Shown here one piece after another: positions 56,067-64,000 of a stretch of 64,000 nt of DNA. The DNA is from Octopus vulgaris (taxonomy: Eukaryota), in contig OX597817.1 of NCBI GenBank assembly GCA_951406725.2, positions 120,032,001-120,096,000 of the forward strand, written 5' to 3'. The notes under the pieces were generated by a model that saw only the letters and a list, made by a program, of their open reading frames with translations, was not told the origin of the DNA and did not search any database. Positions within the stretch are counted from its first letter, which is position 1; every line of letters starts with the position of its first letter. The position numbers were made by a program, and so were the translations under genes.

Positions 56067-56179
56067 AATTCTTGGTTCATATTTTTCGAACAATTATGGT
56101 CCCTGTTTTGATTCATGACTTAACTGCATCATTGCAATCTGGTGTTTATATTAATTTTATGTAAATATATATATATTTT

Positions 56180-56228
56180 TTTTCTTTTATTGGTTTCAGC
56201 CATTTGACTGTGGCCATGCTGGAGCACC

Positions 56229-56266
<38 letters not shown>

Positions 56267-56287
56267 TAGATAGATAGATATACATAT

Positions 56288-56344
<57 letters not shown>

Positions 56345-56660
56345 CAGATAGAGAGTATAATGGGAGCTGAAGGTAGATGACAAAAAAATGCACCATTGGA
56401 AGGAACCAACCATACAATTGACTCAGAGAAATTTGATATCTGCCTGGATACCATGTCCCTCCTCTTACTCTGTGTGTGTGTGTGTGTATGTGTGTGCATA
56501 CGTGTGACTGACTTCTTTCAGTTTCTGTCTACCAAATCCATTCACAAGGCTTGGGTCAGCCTGGGGCCATAACAGAAGACACCTGCCCAAGGTGTCACCC
56601 AGTGGGACTGAATCTGAAACCATGTAGTTGGGAAACAAACTTCTTACCACACAGCCATAC
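56180..56660 (-). mobile_element. SINE family B interrupted by TA/GA microsatellites
   Basis: Head at 56510-56660, tail at 56180-56231. Confidence 0.7.
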
Positions 56661-56778
56661 TTGGAATTCTATATTCATTGATAATGCAAAATAAACATTC
56701 CTCGCTGATGCATGCTATGATGCAAGCCCTCTGATGTTCACAGTCAAATGGTTGAAATGGATAAAATGGTATTTAAGA

Positions 56779-57082
56779 CATCATCATCATCATCATCGTT
56801 TAACGTCTGCTTTACATGCTAGCATGGGTTGGACGGTTCAACTGGGGTCTGGGAAGCCAGAAGGCTGCACCAGGCCCAGGCGGATCTGGCAGTATTTCTA
56901 CAGCTGGATGCCCTTCCTAACACCAACCACTCCATTAGTGTAGTGGGTGCTTTTTACGTGACACCGACACAGGTGCCAGACGATGATGGCAAACAGCCAC
57001 GATCGGATGGTGCTTTTTATGTGCCACCGGCACAGAGACCAGATGAAGCTGGCAATGGCCACGAATCGGATGGTGCTTTTTA
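56779..57082 (-). mobile_element. RTE LINE 3' end
   Basis: (CAT)n plus a body nearly identical to 24097-24450. Confidence 0.8.
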
Positions 57083-57206
57083 AGACAGATTTACAAAAAT
57101 GACAGCTATCATTGACATTCATTATTTGTCAATTTCAAGAGACCAAATATACTCTATCAAAGCATTTTATGTTACGATTATACATGCCATTATTTTAAAC
57201 AAGTTT

Positions 57207-57425
57207 AAGGTGGTGAGCTGGTAGAATTGTTAGCACGCTGGATGAAATGCTTAGTGGTGTTTCACTTGTTGCTATGCTTTGAGTTAAAATTCGCCCAAGG
57301 TTGAATTTGCCTTTCAACCTTTTGAGGTTGATAAATTAAATACCAGTGAAACACTGGGGTCAGTGTAATCGATTAGCACCCTCCCCACAAATTTCAGGTT
57401 TTGTGCCTATAGTAAAAAGGATTAT
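57207..57425 (+). mobile_element. SINE family A, full length, with probable TSD
   Basis: 'attattttaaacaagtt' at both 57189-57205 and 57421-57437. Confidence 0.8.
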
Positions 57426-57915
57426 TTTAAACAAGTTAATAAATGTCCTTTAAATTATTTCAATTAGTTATAAAAAGGTATCTTTTCCTTAATTTTGATA
57501 AACAAATCAAAAATAGTCAGGCAGTTAAAAAAAAAAATAGAAAATTCTTTGGCACGCAATGAATTTGACATAAATAAATGTTAAAACTATTTTCTGCCAG
57601 CCCCACCATTGCATGTTTCTATCAAAGGAAAAGAAATAAATGTTTTCAGAAAAATAAAGGGTCAAGTGAATGTAGCATGCAAAAAGTGGAATAATAATAA
57701 TAATAATTAAAACCAATGCATGAGTGTGTGTGTAAACAGAATGACATATATATAGATACCAATACATGTGTGTGTAGGTGTGTGTGTGTGTGCGTATATA
57801 TATATATGCATGTGTATGTGCATGTATATATAGATAGATAGATATATGCATGTATTATGTATGTATATAGACAAATATATACACGTGCATAAAGACATAT
57901 ATATGCATACATTTA

Positions 57916-57962
<47 letters not shown>

Positions 57963-58307
57963 TTGTTTACATTCAATTTTTTTCATATTGCTAATGTTAA
58001 AGTGAAATGCACCCCACCTCCATTACTACCATTAGCAGGATAATTGCTTTTACTACAATGTGATACACTACCCACCAAGTTAAGAAGTGGAGTCTGAGAG
58101 TCATGTGTTTTGCCCAAAGGCATAAACAAAATCGTTCTATCAACATATAGAAATTCATCTCAATGCTTGCATGAGCATCTAAACAAGTGCATGCACACAC
58201 ATACACACACTGAATATAACCATATAACAAACAGCATATAACCATAAGCTTTGTAAATTATTTACTGTTTCACAAGTTAAAATTGACTACCTCATTAGCT
58301 GGATAAT

Positions 58308-58950
58308 ACAGTAGCAGACCTCTGATCTGGCTTCCGAAATCCAGAATTTCCAGAAGTCTGGGAATACTGTGCAATATCATGCAATATACTGTACCCTGTA
58401 TTGAGTAAGCAGACTCTGATTTTGAAGTTGATTAATTTGTATATTGTAGGTTAAAAATAGTTTTATTTACATTATTTACATTTGACAGATATTTGTCCTC
58501 AACATTAGGACAAATATCCATCAAATGTAAATAATGCAAATAATATACATAACTCCTCATCTCTTAAATATAGAACTGAAAAATAGTTTTGTTCTTCACT
58601 TTTCTAAGTGGATTGATAAACATTAAACATACTCTACTTTAAACTTGTATTAATTTGTAAATGTATATATTAAATATATACATTAAATATATATTCTAAA
58701 TTTTCCTGCATTTAATTTTCATCCTATAAACATTATACCATGTGCAAGTCACAGTATGATATATTTAAGAATTTTAAGTGGATTAATAAATATCTAACAG
58801 ACCCTCCATTACAAGTGAGTTCATTTGAATCTGTTAAATACAATTTGGCATTTTTCTTTTCAAAGTTTATTTTATATTTTAGGTATATATTTAGACTTTC
58901 TCCGGAAAACCAGAAAATTCAGAAATCTGGGATGCCAGATAATTTTTGAA
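58308..58950. mobile_element. Decayed pogo-like MITE containing an inverted pLTR fragment (58465-58578)
   Basis: Subterminal 'ccagaatttccagaa'/'ccagaaaattcagaaatctgg' repeats like the 16.5-kb MITE; TIR match weak. Confidence 0.35.
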
Positions 58951-59792
58951 TATGGTTTCACTCCAATCTTGAATTATATGCTAGGGTCATTGGTATTGTT
59001 CTGTCTTCACATATTAACTACTAGAAAAAAGGCCAAACTGATAAGGTCTAACAAATTTTTGAAGTAATAACTGTATAACTATTAAATAAAAGGTATTAAC
59101 ATTTTTAATTGTGTTAGAATGAAGGACAGTATTATTATATTGAAAGAGAGTTATGTAGTTAAATACATCGAAACAAAACTGAGCTTAAATACCACAAGGG
59201 GATATGGAGATTGTCATAACAATATTCAGTTCAGCATATTAAGAGTAACTAATTCATAACAACTTTATAGGACAAAGTTGCTAATGATATGCTTTTAACA
59301 ATTTCAGCACAAATCTACAACATAATAGAATCAATTGTTCCAACAAAATATTCTCCAGAGCAAGAGACATCAAATAAATAATTAAACAAAGGTATTTCAA
59401 TAATATAAAGGAATTCCCAAAACAACCAATCATATATGAACATCATATGCATTTTAATATACAGAACATAAGATTTTACAATAGCAAAGTTTAATTCAAT
59501 TTCGAATTTCAGTGACAGTAAAGGAAAAATGGTGTTAGCAATGATAATGATGCAGAAATACTTAGTCACCAAATCATACAACATACACACCACAATCAAT
59601 CTACCTGTCTGTCCATTTACATTATATATATAGATGTATGCATGTGCATGCATATATGTCTATATGTGTGTGTGTGCATATGTGAAAGTAAATACACACA
59701 CACACGCAGATACACACACACACACACATGTAAACACTTCTTTTATTCTTTTACTAATTTCAGTTCAAAAGCTGCAGCCATGTTGGGGCACA

Positions 59793-60110
59793 TTACTGGA
59801 AATCTCCTCTGATATGTAGCATTTGGTGAATGAGGGAATTGAATGTTGCTACCCTCATCTGTGTTTCCTGTCGTGAGGTAGGCTCATCCAGGACTCTTGA
59901 CAGGAGAAGATCCATTTTTGTTTTGAAAACACTTACATCTACCACATGACAGTCTCTCAGACTTTTTGGGAGGATACTGAAAAGCTGTGGGCCCTTGCAA
60001 CCCAAGCTATTGCAGTATCTGGTCCAGTATTCTGATGGCAATTTTGAGATCTTTGACACTATGTACAGGTGTCCCATTCTGCTGTTTGTGTAACACATTA
60101 AACTTTGTTG
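59793..60110 (-). mobile_element. CR1-clade LINE C-terminal relic
   Basis: GPQLFSILPKSLRD...FKTKMDLLLSRVLDEP...NSLI aligns with the C-terminus of the 50189 ORF ([10 protein letters not shown]...[16 protein letters not shown]...NSLL). Confidence 0.75.
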
Positions 60111-60256
60111 TAGTCCTCAGTCCACCTGTATATTGTGACCAACTCCTGTTGCTGGCGCACAACATCTGCATGGATTTGTATCCCTTGAGAGGCTTTTGTA
60201 TTGTTTGCATAGCTAGCAAGGGTAGCTATCTGAGCAGCTAATACAGATACACATTC

Positions 60257-60280
<24 letters not shown>

Positions 60281-60287
<7 letters not shown>

Positions 60288-60722
60288 TAAATTAGAGACA
60301 AAACCACTATTAGGCAAATCCTACAATGATAAACTTAAGCCAATACATAAGTTTATTTAATTTATATTATTAAAATATATAACAAAATTATTAAAAAATA
60401 TAATTAATATATCACTACGATCGCCAAGATAAATATTTAAACCACCTGATGAATGACTGTAACTCGAAAATTTAAAGAAATTAACAGCCATGAAACGATC
60501 TAAGTGATATATTAATTATATATTTTTTAATAATTTTGTTATATATTTTAATAATATAAATTAAATAATCTTATGTATTGGCTTAAGTTTTTCATTGTAT
60601 GATTTGCCTAATAGTGGTTTTTGTCTCTAATTTAATATAATATAAAATTTTACTATAAAATTGGATTCAATCCTAAATCTGATTTTTCCCTGTAAGTTTG
60701 GATTTATTCCCTAATATTTATT
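60281..60722. mobile_element. ~143-bp inverted repeat (pLTR-like) around a hammerhead, in (TA)n
   Basis: Arms 60281-60423 and 60496-60641 are near-perfect reverse complements. Confidence 0.85.
60441..60508 (+). ncRNA. Minimal type I hammerhead ribozyme motif
   Basis: CAC-CTGATGA-A-TGACTGT..loop..ACAGCCA-T-GAAA-CGATC-TA-AGTG; the inverted arm preserves CGATCGTA^GTG. Confidence 0.7.
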
Positions 60723-60740
60723 ATATATATATATATATAT

Positions 60741-61035
60741 ATCATCATCATCATCATCATCTAACATCTGTTTTCCATACTGGCATGAGTTGGACAGTTT
60801 AAATGAAAAGTGGTAAGCAGGGGAGCTGCACTAGGTTCCAATCTGATTTGGCATGATTTCTACAGCTGGATGCACTTCCTAACACTAACCACTCCAAGAG
60901 TGTAGTGATTGTTTTGTACGCCCCACTGGCACAGGAGCCAGTTGTAAAACACCAGCATCAGCCATGTCTGTGATCTCTCAGGCATGGTATATTGCCAAAG
61001 GTCTCAGTCGCTTGTTACTGCCTCCATGAAGCCCG
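60741..61035 (-). mobile_element. RTE LINE 3' end
   Basis: (CAT)n plus family body. Confidence 0.7.
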
Positions 61036-61074
61036 AATATATATGCATATATATATATAAATATATATATATTT

Positions 61075-61317
61075 TATTTTATTCTTTTACTTGTTTCAGT
61101 CATTTTGACTGTGGTCATGCTGAAGCAATGGCTTTAGTCAAGCAAAGTGACCCCAGGACTTATTCTTTGTAAGCCTAGTACTTATTCTATTGGTCTCTTT
61201 TGCCCAACCACGAAGTTACGGGGACGTAAACACACCAGCATCGGTTGTCAAATGATGTTGGGAGGTGGGAGGACACACATAAACATATACATACACACAT
61301 ACATATATATATCTATA

Positions 61318-61355
<38 letters not shown>

Positions 61356-61523
61356 TATGTATATATATATATATATATACACATACACATATATACGACG
61401 GGCACCTTTCAGTTTCTGTCTACCAAAACCACTCACAAGGCTTTGGTCGGCCTGAGACTATAATAGAAGATACTTGCCCAAGGTGACACGCAAGCTACTT
61501 ACCACACAGCCACTCCTGCACCT
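61075..61523 (-). mobile_element. SINE family B, near full length with internal TA microsatellite
   Basis: ggtgcaggagtggctgtgtggtaagtagc head and gactgaaacaagtaaaagaat tail. Confidence 0.8.
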
Positions 61524-61868
61524 ATATATAACACACGTACACACACCACTAGCTTCTGATATCTTTTGAATGACAGTCACATTAAAGGCACATGTATATG
61601 TATGTGGAATGCTCAACTACTTACTAATTTAATAACCAAGTAGTTCAGTTGATCTAACACTTGCCGTTGAAACTCAGAGATCTATTTACTTTACTTTTAC
61701 ATAGATTCTTTGTATGTACATATGTTTACACATACATATATAAACATGTGCATACATTTTGCCTGTGCATGTGAATGCATTGATGCTGAAGTACCATCAT
61801 GAATTGGCAAGGCAGGATCAGCTTTTGATAAACTACAGTATTGCATATGGGACAACCTAGGTATTTAC

Positions 61869-62156
61869 ATTTATACCAAATAAAATGATATTGCAGGATA
61901 GGTGTGAGAGGCTGTTTTGAACATAAACAGAAAATTTGACCAGATATGCCCAGATATGCTAATGGATCAACTTTACAATGTTGTCATCCTTCCAACTCTC
62001 CTCTATGATACTGAAATTTGAATACTGTACCATTCCCATACTACAAGTGCTTAATTTTTTACAGATGCCTTGCCTAAGGTTAGATTCTAAGAGGCATTCT
62101 AGACTTCCCAAAAGAGAATTTTTGAGATATATACCAAAGTACCCACTTAACTTAAT
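61869..62156 (-). pseudogene. Candidate exon (IKLSGYFGIYLKNSLLG...WKDDNIVK/FGIN) interrupted by a 90-bp insertion
   Basis: Acceptor tttgatttacttccAG; removing 61882-61971 gives a stop-free 198-nt frame ending at GTaaat. Confidence 0.4.
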
Positions 62157-62430
62157 CTGGAAGTAAATCAAACTTAAATATATCAAAATAATATTAACAA
62201 TTCAACCTTAAAGAACTTTAATCTTTTAGCATACATATTACTCAGTGAAATGTAATGCTTATGTATTCACATTGTTTCAAATTAATCATGCATTATTTTG
62301 TAGATTCACGAATATGATGATGTGATTTTTGTTTATTTTCAAAATGATATTGCAGGATAGGTGTGAGAGGCTGTTTTGAACATAAACAGAAAATTTGACC
62401 AGATATGCCCAGATATGCAAATGGATCAAC
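61882..62430 (+). repeat. 90-bp direct repeat (61882-61971 / 62341-62430)
   Basis: 89/90 identical; the second copy is the right part of a TTAA MITE (62218-62436). Confidence 0.9.
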
Positions 62431-62844
62431 GATTAAAATATATTCTGAAGCTATCAATAGTTCATTAAAACTATTTAACTGCAGTGATATATCAACATTT
62501 ATAATTAAATAATGATGCATAAATAATGAATTCCAGATTTTTGCAGTATGGCATAATTGTGTCAGTTACAGCCTCCTTATCTGAAAAGAAATTATCCTTA
62601 AGATCTCAGAATATGATCAACTTGGTGATGAAATAGTCATTATTTATTAATGTTATTCTTCAAATTTAAAGTTAGACTCATTACTATATAATGGCAAATG
62701 ATGGCTATTTTCATTGGTTCACGAAAAGCTCCAAGGTTTTCATACACATTACATTTGCCAATACAAAGAGAGGTTAGGAAGGGTTAAATTTCAGCAGCAA
62801 CTAATACTGTAGACAAAAAGAAGAACCTCAATGGTAATGTCGAG

Positions 62845-62893
<49 letters not shown>

Positions 62894-63078
62894 GCTTACA
62901 ACAATGTGATTATTCATTATTAGCATCATCTCCATTACTACCATACTGCTGATAATTGCGTAATGTTCATAACATAAATATTTGCTGCTGCTTATGTGAT
63001 AACTCTACAAATAATGATGACAAAATCATCTTAAACAAGCTAATTAATTACCTTACTGACATCACCATCATCATCATG

Positions 63079-63117
<39 letters not shown>

Positions 63118-63714
63118 ACACGTGTTTATTTTACAATTTCAGTATTCATATATTTCTTAAATGAAAATCTTGGATAGTCATATCTAAAGCATTTCAATAT
63201 ACTAGCTAACAAATCATATATAACTAAGAGACTGTACACAGTCATTTGACCTACAAGAAATAGAAGCCACATCTAGAAATCATGCACTCACATTATAAGA
63301 AAACATGTAAAGCCACACCAGGAACGATGGAATGGTTAGAAGTGAAATGTATTTTAACATGAATTTATTCAGTCAAGGTTGACTGAGGCCTAAACAACAA
63401 CTCACTCATTTAAAATCTTAGGGAATATTCAGCTTTTTAAAAAAATCAAACAAATCTATCAACAAAAACAAATATCTCATCCCTTACTGCAAATGAAATT
63501 TGTTTTGTTTTAATTAAATAAATGAAAAGAGAGTACATGCAAGAAAGAGAAAACAATAAGTCACTTGCATTAAACAATATAATCTTATTTTTTCTCACAA
63601 AGAAATGCAACATATATCCATTTATGTCTATTTAGTTTTTAATAAATTATTGCGACATATTTTATAGGATATTTGAAGATACTTGGTTTTCTTGTCTAAT
63701 TATAAATCATACAT

Positions 63715-63995
63715 ATTTCTTTTACATGTTTCAGTCATTGGACTGCAGCCATTCTGGGACAGCAACTTTGAAGGATTTTACTCAAACAGATCTTACTTTT
63801 AAGTCTAGTGCTTATTCTATTGGTCTCTTGCCAAACTGCTAGGTTACAGTGACATAAACAAACCAGCACCTGTTCTCACAAGGCATTGGACAATCTGAAA
63901 CTATAGTAAAAAACACTTTCCCAAGATGATATGTAGTGGGATGGGACCAAGAACTATGTAGTTACAAAGCAAGCTTCTTACCCACACAATGACAT
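63715..63995 (-). mobile_element. SINE family B, decayed
   Basis: Tail and head motifs as in 61075-61523. Confidence 0.65.
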
Positions 63996-64000
63996 CTGTA

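Larger units (their letters stand above)
55413..56130. mobile_element. PLE pLTR-like composite: direct repeat plus inverted repeat with two hammerheads
   Basis: 55413-55528 repeats at 55756-55873; 55516-55732 is inverted at 55879-56107. Confidence 0.8.

Noticed and set aside
59120-59653. 112-aa minus ORF and a stop-containing plus-strand exon-like frame
   Set aside because: No recognisable motif, and the strand is ambiguous
866-63177. Dozens of ORFs rich in YI/CV/HT/poly-I/poly-N
   Set aside because: They are translations of (TA)n, (CA)n and (AAT)n microsatellites, which lack stops in some frames

Overview
Very AT-rich, microsatellite-dense eukaryotic DNA. The SINE, RTE and MITE repertoire is most consistent with an octopod (Octopus) genome; this is recognition from memory, not a database result. 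No intact, nameable host gene is visible. Almost all listed ORFs are artefacts of (TA)n/(CA)n/(AAT)n repeats or are transposon fragments. The window contains many tRNA-derived SINEs of at least 3 families, 5'-truncated RTE LINE ends, one young CR1-clade RT fragment (about 410 uninterrupted codons), R4/Dong-like RLE fragments in (AAT)n, a decayed mariner, a non-autonomous Helitron, piggyBac- and pogo-type MITEs and Penelope-like (PLE) RT fragments. A few splice-bounded exon candidates on the minus strand may belong to a poorly conserved or decaying gene. The most striking unannotated signal is a set of about 10 minimal type-I hammerhead-ribozyme (HHR) cores at 7 loci (2.3, 8.3, 9.8-10.3, 28.7, 41.6, 55.5-56.1 and 60.4 kb). 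The loci share no obvious sequence outside the core, most lie in or at the centre of long inverted repeats, and one directly follows a PLE RT. They look like a diverse population of Penelope pLTR / retrozyme-like non-coding elements. Most individual copies carry core mutations.
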